Assembly: GCA_964372675.1 (NCBI GenBank)
Contig: CAYJRP010000001.1
Location: 1-30,893, forward strand
Source of the DNA: Candidatus Woesearchaeota archaeon
GTDB taxonomy: Archaea > Nanobdellota > Nanobdellia > Pacearchaeales > GW2011-AR1
Direction of reading: 5' to 3'
DNA: 30,893 bases
Shown here: positions 16,154 through 25,395 of the stretch, in pieces
How the letters are laid out: each line of letters starts with the position of its first letter
How positions within the stretch are numbered: the first letter of the stretch is position 1
Notes under the pieces: generated by a model
What the model saw: only the letters and a program-made list of their open reading frames with translations
The model's database searches: none
What the model was told of the DNA's origin: nothing
Program-made: the position numbers and the translations under genes

Positions 16154-16465
16154 ATGGGCGGAGCAAAGAAACAGCAGAAGCCTAAGGATCAGCAGCAAAA
16201 GGGCTCTGAACAGCAGCAAACATCAAGCAGAAGACTTTCTGATGAGGCTCCTGTTAAAGCTGAAGTTGTGAACCTTATTGTAAGAACAGGAGCAAGAGGA
16301 GAAATTACACAAGTTGAATGCAGAATTCTAGAAGGGAAAAATATAGACAAGGTAATGCGAAGAAATGTCAAGGGTTCTGTTAGAATTGGCGACTTGCTGA
16401 CATTGAGAGAGACAGAAATTGAGGCGAGAAGAGTAAAAGGAGCGACCAAAGGGTCACACGCTTAA
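16154..16465 (+). CDS. rps28e: 30S ribosomal protein S28e with N-terminal Q/K-rich extension (103 aa; start revised to MGGAK)
   Basis: AEVVNLIVRTGARGEITQVECRILEG...RRNVKGSVRIGDLLTLRETEIEARR. Confidence 0.95.
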   Translation: MGGAKKQQKPKDQQQKGSEQQQTSSRRLSDEAPVKAEVVNLIVRTGARGEITQVECRILEGKNIDKVMRRNVKGSVRIGDLLTLRETEIEARRVKGATKGSHA

Positions 16466-16466
16466 A

Positions 16467-16784
16467 ATGTTTAACTTAATTGGAAAACTTATTAGAAAAA
16501 AGAAACAGCAAAAGCAGGATGCGCGAGATCTTTTAAACAGGACATTTGGCGTAGATATTCCCGCGAGTTCTATAAAAATTCGCGATGGATATGCAGAGGC
16601 AATTTTCAATAATCATGTTTATTTGGCTACACAGCATCTTACAGAAGAATTGCTTATTACAATGGATGTTCGAGCATTAGTTTTAGCAATGGGCGGCAAT
16701 TATACTGATGATAAAGTTGTTCCGTCGGGAGCGCACACGCCTTATGGGCATGCTTATGGTTTACAATTAAGGAGAGTTTCTTAA
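16467..16784 (+). CDS. Hypothetical protein (105 aa) inside the ribosomal protein operon
   Basis: TAA-A-ATG coupling on both sides; open frame. Confidence 0.75.
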   Translation: MFNLIGKLIRKKKQQKQDARDLLNRTFGVDIPASSIKIRDGYAEAIFNNHVYLATQHLTEELLITMDVRALVLAMGGNYTDDKVVPSGAHTPYGHAYGLQLRRVS

Positions 16785-16785
16785 A

Positions 16786-17178
16786 ATGACTGAAGAAACA
16801 ACCCCTCCGATAGATATGAGACAATCAGAATACCTAAAAATAGGGCGGAATGTTATTTTTAATGCTAATAACCATGGCAGCAATGGGGTTCTGGTAGTGG
16901 TTAGCGGCGTTGCGGGAGACAGGTTATCTCTTTTAGAGGCCAAGATGGATGATGGTTGCTTGGTTTATCATGTGGTTTCTAAAAGTGGTTCAAGAACTTC
17001 TTCAGAAGGAGACTTAGTAATGGAAAATAGGAATAATTATGAGCAGAGCAGAATTCCTCCAGGATTTAGAGGTTATGAGTCTGGAGTTAATTTACTGAAG
17101 AATGCAGGAAAACTATCGCCCGAGGATTATAGGGCTGCTTTAGAAAAACATCAGTTATTGATGAAGAGGCGCGGATAA
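16786..17178 (+). CDS. Hypothetical protein (130 aa) inside the ribosomal protein operon
   Basis: TAA-A-ATG coupling on both sides; open frame. Confidence 0.75.
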   Translation: MTEETTPPIDMRQSEYLKIGRNVIFNANNHGSNGVLVVVSGVAGDRLSLLEAKMDDGCLVYHVVSKSGSRTSSEGDLVMENRNNYEQSRIPPGFRGYESGVNLLKNAGKLSPEDYRAALEKHQLLMKRRG

Positions 17179-17179
17179 A

Positions 17180-17392
17180 ATGGCATTAGCGAAATGTGTT
17201 TTTTGCGGAATAGAGCAGGAAGATTTCAAAGGCACTTATTTTATCAGGAATGACGGCCTTGTTCACTATTATTGCTCAAGCAAGTGCTATAAAAACCATT
17301 TAGGATTAAGAAGAGACAAGAAAAGAGTGAGATGGACAGAGGCGCATATGGCTTTAAAATCTGCTGAAAAATCAGCTAGAGATAAGGAATAA
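17180..17392 (+). CDS. rpl24e: 50S ribosomal protein L24e (70 aa)
   Basis: CVFCG...GTYFIRNDG..HYYCSSKC.KN...R....VRWT zinc-ribbon signature. Confidence 0.95.
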   Translation: MALAKCVFCGIEQEDFKGTYFIRNDGLVHYYCSSKCYKNHLGLRRDKKRVRWTEAHMALKSAEKSARDKE

Positions 17393-17396
17393 TTCT

Positions 17397-17723
17397 ATGG
17401 GACTTCCTATTGGTGGCGGCTTTGACTTTTTTATTGCTGGAAGCTTCAGCCCAACGTACCAGATGCGCGTTGATGATTTGGATAAACGATGCAGAAAGGC
17501 TTTTGTTTCAATTACATATCCTGATAGGAGTGTCAGGCAGCATTCTGTAATTGCGGGAGATATTGCGTTGCATATATTTTATGAAAGCGAGGCTCCTTTG
17601 GATATTCAATTGCAGAGAATTAAGACTGGAGAGAGAGGAGACTTAATTGCTGATTTCAAATTTCATTGCAGAGGAGTTTATGAGTGGAGAAAAACAGAGC
17701 AGCCTGGACTTGAAGCGCGCTAA
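17397..17723 (+). CDS. Hypothetical protein (108 aa)
   Basis: ATG 4 nt after the L24e stop; open frame. Confidence 0.65.
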   Translation: MGLPIGGGFDFFIAGSFSPTYQMRVDDLDKRCRKAFVSITYPDRSVRQHSVIAGDIALHIFYESEAPLDIQLQRIKTGERGDLIADFKFHCRGVYEWRKTEQPGLEAR

Positions 17724-17761
17724 ATTGTTTTTATCGTCGGTAAATGCCCATTTTAGCATAT

Positions 17762-17774
17762 AAAGGTTTATAAA
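17762..17774 (+). promoter_or_regulatory. BRE/TATA promoter upstream of gyrB
   Basis: AAAGG-TTTATAAA 26 nt upstream of ATG 17801. Confidence 0.6.
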
Positions 17775-17800
17775 GCAAGTTTCCTTTTTTTGATGGTAAA

Positions 17801-20800
17801 ATGTCAGATAAAAAGGATTATTCAGCAGAGAAAATCAAGGTTCTCGAGGGTTTAGAAGGAGTAAGGATGCGCCCTGCAATGTATCTGGGTAGCACAAGCA
17901 AAACAGGCCTGCATCATTTAGTTTACGAAGTTCTTGACAACTCTGTTGATGAAGCAATGGCAGGACATTGTGATACTATTGTTGTTGTTTTGAATAAGGA
18001 CGGAAGTGTTACTGTTACTGATAATGGCAGGGGAATTCCTGTTGATATGCATCCTGTTTACAAAGTGCCTGCTTTAGAAGTTGTTATAACTAAGCTGCAT
18101 GCTGGGGGAAAGTTTGACAAGCAAAGCTACAAAATTTCTGGAGGACTGCATGGCGTTGGCATTAGCGTTGTTGCTGCTTTGTCCAAGAACATGAAAGTGC
18201 GTGTCAAAAGAGATGGAAAAATTTACCAGCAAGAATACAAAATAGGGAAGCCCTCTTACGCTGTAAAAGTTGTCGGAGAAACAAAAGGGAAGGACGATAC
18301 TGGCACTGAAGTTATCTTTATGCCGGACGACACCATATTTTCGGCAACCAAGTTTGATTTTTCTGTTTTGGAAACAAGATTTAGAGAAGTAGCATTTCTC
18401 AACAAGGGGCTTAAAATTGTTTTGGAAGAGGAAGAAGGAAAAAAAGAAGTCTTCCATTATGATGGTGGAATAATAGAGTTTGTAAAGTGGGTAAATGAGA
18501 ACAAAGAGCCGATTCATGCTAAACCGATTTATTTCTCTAAGGAAGATTCAGGCGTGGTTGTTGAAAGTGCTGTCCAATATAACGCAGGATATCAGGAAAA
18601 TGTTTTAAGTTTTGTAAATACTATTAATACAATTGAGGGAGGAACTCATGTTGTTGGATTTAAGACAGCTTTGACAAGAGCAATAAATGATTATGCCAAT
18701 AAAAGCAAACTGCTTAAGGATGGAAATGTTACTGGAGACGATGTTCGCGAGGGGCTAACGGCTATTATTTCTATAAAAGTGCCAGAGCCGCAATTTGAGG
18801 GTCAGACAAAGACAAAGTTGGGAAATAGTGAAGTAAAAGGTATTGTTGATAGTGTTGCTATGGTTGCACTAACTCAATTCTTTGAAGAAAATCCTGCAGT
18901 AGCAAGAAGAGTTGTTGAAAAAGCCCTTGAAGCGCAAAAAGCAAGGAACGCCGCCAAGAAAGCCAAGGAGCTTGTTAGAAGAAAAAATGCTTTTTCTGTT
19001 GGGGGTCTTCCTGGAAAACTCGCTGATTGCTCTAGCAATAAGATGGAGGAATGCGAGATATTTATTGTGGAAGGCGATTCAGCCGCTGGTTGTTTTTCTG
19101 GGGACACTGAAGTAGCTTTAACTGATGGTAGAAATGTTTCCTTTAAGCAATTAGTTAGTGAAGCAACCCACGGAAAAAAACATTTTTGTTATACTATTAA
19201 AGAAAATGGAAGCATTGGCATAGAAGAGATAATTAGTCCAAGAGTTACAAAGAAAGATGCAGAAGTTATTAAAATTATTTTAGATAATGGAAAGGAAATT
19301 ATTTGCACTCCAGACCATAAGTTTATGCTTCGGGATGGAAGCTATAGACAAGCTAAAGACCTAACTAATGATGATTCTTTAATGCCGCTCCATAAAAGAA
19401 TTTCTAAGATTGGAGGAAGAATTACAATAGATGGTTATGAGATGGTTTGGGATCAAAAGAAGAACTGGATATTTACACATATGCTTGCTGATGAATATAA
19501 TCTTCAAAATAGGGTATATCTAAAAGAACAAGGCGATACAAGGCACCATATTGACTTCAATAAAAGAAATAATAATCCTTCTAATATCATTAGGTTATCA
19601 AAAGAAGATCACCTTATATTTAACACACAGAATCTGTCTAAAACCTTGCATAGTCCAGAGATGAAGAAAAAAGCTGCCGAAGCTCATAAAACTACAGAGT
19701 ATAGACAAAAAATGAGCAATTGGGCTAAAAGACCAGAAGTAAAGGCTCTTATGAGTGAAAACTCTAAAAAATTGTGGCAAGACAATGAATACAAGAGTTA
19801 TATGGTTGAGAAGTTTCTTGAGTTCTATAATACTAACGAGGATTATAGAAATAAAAATAATGCTCTCTTAAATAAAAATCAGCAAGAGTATTGGGCAAAT
19901 CCAGAACATAGAAAAAAAGCATCTGAAAAAGTTAACAAGTTTTTTGAAGAAAATCCAGACGCTAAACAATATCTTTCAGAATTGTCTAAAGAGCAGTGGA
20001 AAGATGATGCGCTAATAATCTGGAGAAGGCAGAAAACGAGGGAACAATGGACTCCAGAATTCAGAAATCAGAGAAAAGAGGCTTATAATAAGACATATTA
20101 TACTGAAACAATAAAGTTTATGAAGAGGATTTTGGAGGAAGGAGGAGATGTCTCTAAGTTTGATGATTTGAGAGTTAAAAGCAAAAACAAGAACTTATTG
20201 CGCTCAGATACGTTCTGTTCAAGATTTTTTGATAATAATAAGGAAAGAATGCTTGAAGCTGTAAATAATTATAACCACAAAATAAAGAGCATCGAATTCT
20301 TAAATAATAAAATTGATGTTTACGATATTGAAGTCCCCGGAACGCATAATTTTGCTTTAGCCTCCGGCATTTTTGTGCATAATAGTAGCAAACAAGGCAG
20401 AAATAAAAACTTTCAGGCGATATTGCCTTTGAAAGGCAAAATACTGAATGTTGAGAAAGCTCCACCAATTAAAGTCTTGTCAAATGAAGAAATTGCCAAT
20501 TTAATTACTGCAATTGGTACAGGTATCACGGACCAATTTGACCATGAGAGGTTAAGATACGGCAAGATAATTATTATGACCGATGCTGATGTCGACGGGG
20601 CGCACATTAGAACATTGTTGCTGACTTTTTTCTTTAGATTCATGAATAAATTAATTGAAAACGGAAATATCTACATTGCTGTTTCTCCTTTGTTTAGGGT
20701 TAGAAAGCGCGGCGACCATTATGTTTATTCTGATAAAGAACTTAAGTCTCTTGTCGCTAAATTGGGCGGAAATGTCGATGTGCAGAGGTTTAAGGGCCTT

Positions 20801-20986
20801 GGAGAAATGAATGCTGACCAATTGTGGGAAACAACAATGGATCCGAAAACTCGCTTGTTAAAAAAAGTCACAATTGATGATGCAGCCAAAGCAAATGATG
20901 TTTTCTCAAGATTAATGGGGGACTTGGTTGAGCCAAGAAAAAAGTTTATTGCAGAGAGAGCGGCGGAGGCGCAAATTGATATTTGA
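17801..20986 (+). CDS. gyrB: DNA gyrase subunit B containing an intein (1061-aa precursor, 630 aa after splicing)
   Basis: GHKL motifs EVLDNSVDE, DNGRGIP and GGLHGVG; EGDSA; PLKGKILN; MTDADVDG; QRFKGLGEM. Confidence 0.97.
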   Translation: MSDKKDYSAEKIKVLEGLEGVRMRPAMYLGSTSKTGLHHLVYEVLDNSVDEAMAGHCDTIVVVLNKDGSVTVTDNGRGIPVDMHPVYKVPALEVVITKLHAGGKFDKQSYKISGGLHGVGISVVAALSKNMKVRVKRDGKIYQQEYKIGKPSYAVKVVGETKGKDDTGTEVIFMPDDTIFSATKFDFSVLETRFREVAFLNKGLKIVLEEEEGKKEVFHYDGGIIEFVKWVNENKEPIHAKPIYFSKEDSGVVVESAVQYNAGYQENVLSFVNTINTIEGGTHVVGFKTALTRAINDYANKSKLLKDGNVTGDDVREGLTAIISIKVPEPQFEGQTKTKLGNSEVKGIVDSVAMVALTQFFEENPAVARRVVEKALEAQKARNAAKKAKELVRRKNAFSVGGLPGKLADCSSNKMEECEIFIVEGDSAAGCFSGDTEVALTDGRNVSFKQLVSEATHGKKHFCYTIKENGSIGIEEIISPRVTKKDAEVIKIILDNGKEIICTPDHKFMLRDGSYRQAKDLTNDDSLMPLHKRISKIGGRITIDGYEMVWDQKKNWIFTHMLADEYNLQNRVYLKEQGDTRHHIDFNKRNNNPSNIIRLSKEDHLIFNTQNLSKTLHSPEMKKKAAEAHKTTEYRQKMSNWAKRPEVKALMSENSKKLWQDNEYKSYMVEKFLEFYNTNEDYRNKNNALLNKNQQEYWANPEHRKKASEKVNKFFEENPDAKQYLSELSKEQWKDDALIIWRRQKTREQWTPEFRNQRKEAYNKTYYTETIKFMKRILEEGGDVSKFDDLRVKSKNKNLLRSDTFCSRFFDNNKERMLEAVNNYNHKIKSIEFLNNKIDVYDIEVPGTHNFALASGIFVHNSSKQGRNKNFQAILPLKGKILNVEKAPPIKVLSNEEIANLITAIGTGITDQFDHERLRYGKIIIMTDADVDGAHIRTLLLTFFFRFMNKLIENGNIYIAVSPLFRVRKRGDHYVYSDKELKSLVAKLGGNVDVQRFKGLGEMNADQLWETTMDPKTRLLKKVTIDDAAKANDVFSRLMGDLVEPRKKFIAERAAEAQIDI
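19091..20383 (+). mobile_element. Intein (431 aa) with HNH homing endonuclease
   Basis: Begins with Cys (CFSGDT) after EGDSAAG; block B 'CTPDHKF'; HNH 'RHHIDFNKRNNNPSN'; ends 'VYDIEVPGTHNFALASGIFVHN' followed by +1 Ser. Confidence 0.97.
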
Positions 20987-20988
20987 AG

Positions 20989-21492
20989 ATGAAAAAGAAA
21001 ATAATAATCGGAGTTATGGGTCCTGGTAAAGAAGCAACAAAAAAAGATATAGAGAATGCTTTGCAGCTTGGAGAGTTAATTGCTTCTCAAGGTTGGGTAA
21101 CTTTGAGTGGAGGAATGAAAAGTGGAGTCATGGGAGCTGTAAATGAGGGGGCTAAGAAGAAAAATGGTTTAACTGTTGGTATTTTACCTAATGATATTGT
21201 AGAAGAACACTCAGAGCATCTTGATATACCAATTATAACTAATATGAAAGCTGGTAGGAATTATATTAATGCTCTGTCTTGTGATGTAATGGTTGCTTGT
21301 GGCATGGGTCCTGGAACTTCTTCAGAAGTATCTCATGCTATTCAAACGAATAAACCAATTATTTTATTAGGGGCAGATAATGAAACTAAAAAATTCTTTG
21401 GAAAGATAGGACAAAGATTAATTCATATTGCCAATAGCCCTAAAGAAGTTATTGAGATGGTAAATAAAATAATTAAAGGAGTTAAAAAATAA
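20989..21492 (+). CDS. LOG/SLOG-family protein, TIGR00725-like (167 aa; start revised to the ATG)
   Basis: IIGVMGPG, 'LSGGMKSGVMGAVNEGAKKKNGLTVGILP', 'RNYINALSCD', 'GPGTSSEV'. Confidence 0.85.
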   Translation: MKKKIIIGVMGPGKEATKKDIENALQLGELIASQGWVTLSGGMKSGVMGAVNEGAKKKNGLTVGILPNDIVEEHSEHLDIPIITNMKAGRNYINALSCDVMVACGMGPGTSSEVSHAIQTNKPIILLGADNETKKFFGKIGQRLIHIANSPKEVIEMVNKIIKGVKK

Positions 21493-21494
21493 AA

Positions 21495-21704
21495 ATGGAA
21501 GAAAATATTGATGTAATTGAGGTAAGCATGAGCGAGCAGGAAATTGACGATGTAATTGCAAGCTTGCGAAAACTTAAAATTGAAAAGGAAAGCGTGCAAG
21601 TTCCTATTGCTTCTGATGTTGACTTATTGGTCAATTATCATCAGGGCGATGCTGATGATGAAGAAGACTTTGAAGAAGACGATGATGGAGATGGCATAAT
21701 ATGA
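21495..21704 (+). CDS. Small acidic hypothetical protein (69 aa)
   Basis: ATG after AAAA, D/E-rich tail, ATGA overlap with the next ORF. Confidence 0.65.
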   Translation: MEENIDVIEVSMSEQEIDDVIASLRKLKIEKESVQVPIASDVDLLVNYHQGDADDEEDFEEDDDGDGII

Positions 21705-21877
21705 TTTCAAATAAAAAATGCCCTAAATGCGGAAGCAGCGATGTTGTTATGATTTCAAAAGGCCCTGTTGGGGCTTGGAAGTGCCAAGGATGTGGTTTTG
21801 TTGGCAATATGATTGACAAGCCCATTGTTGGAAGAGAAATTAAAGAGGATTTGGACTTGTTTGGAGGCAAGAAGTAA
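21701..21877 (+). CDS. 58-aa zinc-ribbon micro-protein (not in the ORF track)
   Basis: MISNKKCPKCGSSDVVMISKGPVGAWKCQGCGFVG...GGKK*: two CxxC motifs; ATGA overlap upstream and 1-nt gap to cutA downstream. Confidence 0.8.
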   Translation: MISNKKCPKCGSSDVVMISKGPVGAWKCQGCGFVGNMIDKPIVGREIKEDLDLFGGKK

Positions 21878-21878
21878 G

Positions 21879-22190
21879 ATGAGCTACCTAATAATTAAGA
21901 CCACATTTGAAAATAAGAAGGATGCTGAATTAATTGCTAAGAAAATATTAGATAATAAATTAGCTGCATGCATACAATTATCTGAAATAGAGAGTTATTA
22001 CAAATGGAATGGAAAGGCTCAGAATTCTAATGAATATAAAGTTGAAATTAAAACATTGTCTAAAAATTATAAGAAAATAGAAAATTTGATATCAAAAAAT
22101 CACAAATATAAAATTCCTGAAATAATTTCTTATAAGATAAACAAAGGCAGTAAGAAATATTTTGACTGGATGAAAGGAGAAATTAACTAA
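21879..22190 (+). CDS. cutA: CutA divalent-cation tolerance family protein (103 aa; start revised to MSYLI)
   Basis: 'KLAACIQ', 'SYYKWNG', 'EIKT', 'HKYKIPEII', 'YFDWM'. Confidence 0.9.
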   Translation: MSYLIIKTTFENKKDAELIAKKILDNKLAACIQLSEIESYYKWNGKAQNSNEYKVEIKTLSKNYKKIENLISKNHKYKIPEIISYKINKGSKKYFDWMKGEIN

Positions 22191-22191
22191 A

Positions 22192-24747
22192 ATGACTGAA
22201 AAAGAAGAAAATGGAAACGGCGATGCAGAGAAAAAGATAGATGACCAGATTGCTAAAGAGGAAAAAGAAAGAAGAAGCAAAGATTTAGTTGAGCCTGGTG
22301 TTCAAAATGCTGAAATTGTAGAGGAAATGGAGCAGGCTTTCATTGACTATGCTATGTCTGTTATTGTTGACAGGGCTTTGCCTGCTGTTGAAGATGGGCT
22401 TAAGCCAGTTCATCGAAGAATTTTATATGCCATGTATATGCTTGGACTCGAGCCAAATAAACCTACGAGAAAATCCGCAACTGTTGTAGGGGAAGTTTTA
22501 GGAAAATATCATCCTCATGGAGATATTGCTGTTTATGATGCTATGGTAAGAATGGCGCAGGACTTTTCATTGCGTTATCCTTTAGTTCATGGACAAGGCA
22601 ATATGGGCAGTCTTGATGGGGACAGCCCTGCAGCTCAAAGGTATACGGAAGCAAAGCTTAGCAAGATCTCCGGCGAGTTACTGGCCGAAATAGAAAAAGA
22701 GACAGTGAACATGCGGCCCAATTTTGATAATTCTTTAAAAGAACCAGAAACTTTGCCAGCAAAACTTCCTAACTTGCTTTTGAATGGTGCAACAGGAATT
22801 GCCGTCGGTATGGCTACAAATATTCCTCCTCATAACTTGACTGAAGTATGCGATGCTGTCGTTGAATACATAAACAAGCCAGAAATTACTGTTGAGGAGC
22901 TTGGCGAGATTATCAAAGGTCCCGATTTTCCAACAGGAGGAATGATAACAGGGCCTGGAATTAAGGAGATGTATAAAACAGGGAAAGGAAAGATAATTAT
23001 TAGGGCTAGAAGCGAGGTAGAGGAGGATAAGAAAGGGAAAAATTCTATTGTTATTACTGAAATTCCATATATGGTTAACAAAGCTGATCTTGTAAAGGAC
23101 ATTGCCCGTCTTGCAACAGAGAAGAAACTTCCTGATATTTCCGACTTGAGAGACGAGAGCGCAAAAGGAAATGTTAGAATAGTTATTGAACTAAAGAAAG
23201 GAGTTGACCCGAAGTTTACTTTGAATAAATTGTATAAGATGACAAATATTCAGACAAGCTTTGACGCTAACTTGCTTGCTCTTGTGGGAAATAAGCCCAG
23301 AGTTCTTAATTTGAGAGATATTATTTTGGAGTATGTCAAGTACCGCCAGTTGGTTGTCAGAAGAAGAAGTGATTTTGATTTGCGCAAAGCGCAGGAAAGG
23401 CTTGAAATTGTCCTTGGACTGCTAATAGCTTTGAAGGAAATTGATGCTGTTGTTAGTTTTATCAAAAAGTCTGTCAACGCAACAGAAGCTCATGCAGGAT
23501 TGATGAAGAAGTTTGACTTGAGTGACAGGCAAGCCAAGGCTGTTTTAGAGATTAGATTGCAGCAGTTAACTCATTTGGAAGCAGACAAGTTAAAAGACGA
23601 AGAGAAAAAACTTAAAGAAACTATTGCAGAGCTTAAGAGAATTTTAGGTGATGAAAAAGAAATACTAAAAATAATTAAGAAAGAAGTTAATGAGCTTAAA
23701 ACCAAGTATGGCGATGATAGAAGGACAAGAATATTGCGGAGAGTTGAGGAAATCACTGAAAAAGACCTGACTGAAAAGAAAGATGTCGTTGTGATGATAA
23801 CTAATTCTGGATATGTAAAGAGGGTTGATGTCAAAGTGTATAGAGAGCAAAGGCGCGGGGGGGCTGGAGTGCATGGCGCTGAATTGAAAGAGGAAGATTT
23901 TGTTACAAAGATGCTTACCTGCTCTACTCATGACTACTTGCTGTTCTTTACATCTCGCGGAAGAGTATATTGGCTTAAAGCAAACGACATACCTGCAGCA
24001 GAAAGGCAGGGAAAAGGGAAAGCAATTATCAACCTGCTTAATTTGAGGGATGAGAGCATTGCAAATGTTATGGCTGTAAAAGATTTTGAAAAAGATTATT
24101 TGATATTTGTTACTAGGAAAGGAGTTGTTAAGAAATTGCCTTTGAAAGATTTGGCAAAACCAAGAAGCGCAGGAGTTAGAGTAATTAATTTACCTGTAGA
24201 TAATTCTGATTCGGTAATCAATGTTAGGGTTGTGACAGATAAGCAGGAAGTTTTGTTAATAACAAAGAAAGGATTTGCTGTTAGATTTACTTCTGATGAG
24301 GTTAGAAGTATGGGAAGGGCAAGCTATGGGGTTAGTGGAGCTGATTTACGGGACAATGATGAAGTTGTTTCTTTAGAAGTTTTGCCTCTTGACTTAAAAA
24401 CAACAATCCTAACCGTAACGGATAAAGGATATGGAAAGAGAAGCGATTTGGAAGAGTACAGGAAAACATCTCGTGGAAGCAAAGGAGTAATTAACTTGAA
24501 GTTGAGCGATAAAACAGGAAATGTAATTAAGTCGTTGTCGGTTGATAATAAAGACTCTGTTATTTTGACGACGAAGAAAGGGATTGTTCTTCGCATTTCT
24601 ATGAAAGATTTACATATTAGAGGAAGAGCAACTCAAGGAGTGCATGTTGTTAGGTTGAAAGAAGGGGATAGAGCCGCTGACATTGTTAAGGTTCCCAACG
24701 AAGAGGCTATTGTTGAGAAGGCTGTGGATTCTGGAAAAGAGGAATAA
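22192..24747 (+). CDS. gyrA: DNA gyrase subunit A (851 aa)
   Basis: [22 protein letters not shown], catalytic Tyr in AAQRYTE, GyrA-box QRRGGAG, C-terminal beta-pinwheel repeats. Confidence 0.97.
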   Translation: MTEKEENGNGDAEKKIDDQIAKEEKERRSKDLVEPGVQNAEIVEEMEQAFIDYAMSVIVDRALPAVEDGLKPVHRRILYAMYMLGLEPNKPTRKSATVVGEVLGKYHPHGDIAVYDAMVRMAQDFSLRYPLVHGQGNMGSLDGDSPAAQRYTEAKLSKISGELLAEIEKETVNMRPNFDNSLKEPETLPAKLPNLLLNGATGIAVGMATNIPPHNLTEVCDAVVEYINKPEITVEELGEIIKGPDFPTGGMITGPGIKEMYKTGKGKIIIRARSEVEEDKKGKNSIVITEIPYMVNKADLVKDIARLATEKKLPDISDLRDESAKGNVRIVIELKKGVDPKFTLNKLYKMTNIQTSFDANLLALVGNKPRVLNLRDIILEYVKYRQLVVRRRSDFDLRKAQERLEIVLGLLIALKEIDAVVSFIKKSVNATEAHAGLMKKFDLSDRQAKAVLEIRLQQLTHLEADKLKDEEKKLKETIAELKRILGDEKEILKIIKKEVNELKTKYGDDRRTRILRRVEEITEKDLTEKKDVVVMITNSGYVKRVDVKVYREQRRGGAGVHGAELKEEDFVTKMLTCSTHDYLLFFTSRGRVYWLKANDIPAAERQGKGKAIINLLNLRDESIANVMAVKDFEKDYLIFVTRKGVVKKLPLKDLAKPRSAGVRVINLPVDNSDSVINVRVVTDKQEVLLITKKGFAVRFTSDEVRSMGRASYGVSGADLRDNDEVVSLEVLPLDLKTTILTVTDKGYGKRSDLEEYRKTSRGSKGVINLKLSDKTGNVIKSLSVDNKDSVILTTKKGIVLRISMKDLHIRGRATQGVHVVRLKEGDRAADIVKVPNEEAIVEKAVDSGKEE

Positions 24748-24778
24748 GTTATAAATAGAAGTTTAGGCTTGATTTATC

Positions 24779-25294
24779 ATGAAATTAATTGTGCTGGGAG
24801 GGAATAGTTCTGGGAACAAGGAATGGGTTGAATCTGTGAAGGATAAATTGAGCGATTTATTTGATGAGGGAGCTGTTCATTATTATGAGCATTGGGCTTC
24901 TGGCAAAGACGCTGACTGGAATTTAGAGGCTGACAGGCTCGGCAAGAGCGCGCATGGAATAGACTGCGTTATATTCGCGAAGTCAGCAGGAATTGCAGTC
25001 TCTCTGATGGCAATTTATAACAAAAGAATTAATCCTAAAAAATGCATTTTTGTTGGTATGCCTCTGGACTCTGCAGAAAGGCAGGGCAAGAAATTAAGTG
25101 TATATTTTTCAAGCTACCGCATACCCACTTTATTCATACAGCAAACTGAAGATCCATATGCAAGATTTGACGAGGTAAGAAAATTCCTGGAGAAGAATAA
25201 ATTAGCAAATTACCAATTAAAGGAAATCCATGGAAGCGGCCATGATTACTCTGATTTGGAAGAAATTAGAGGGCTTGTGAAAGAATTTTTATAG
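24779..25294 (+). CDS. Alpha/beta-hydrolase-fold protein (171 aa)
   Basis: Nucleophile-elbow-like FAKSAG, 'QTEDPY' Asp and 'SGHDY' His in canonical order. Confidence 0.7.
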   Translation: MKLIVLGGNSSGNKEWVESVKDKLSDLFDEGAVHYYEHWASGKDADWNLEADRLGKSAHGIDCVIFAKSAGIAVSLMAIYNKRINPKKCIFVGMPLDSAERQGKKLSVYFSSYRIPTLFIQQTEDPYARFDEVRKFLEKNKLANYQLKEIHGSGHDYSDLEEIRGLVKEFL

Positions 25295-25395
25295 CCATTT
25301 AACTTGTTTTCAACACCCTATTGGATTTTTCCTTGAATAATAATATCATTTTATCACGAATATATTTATTAGCACCTTGTTTTTCTAAAATCCTC

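Noticed and set aside
22192-24747. Topoisomerase IV (parC/parE) assignment
   Set aside because: A GyrA-box (QRRGGAG) and a full C-terminal pinwheel are present, supporting gyrase.
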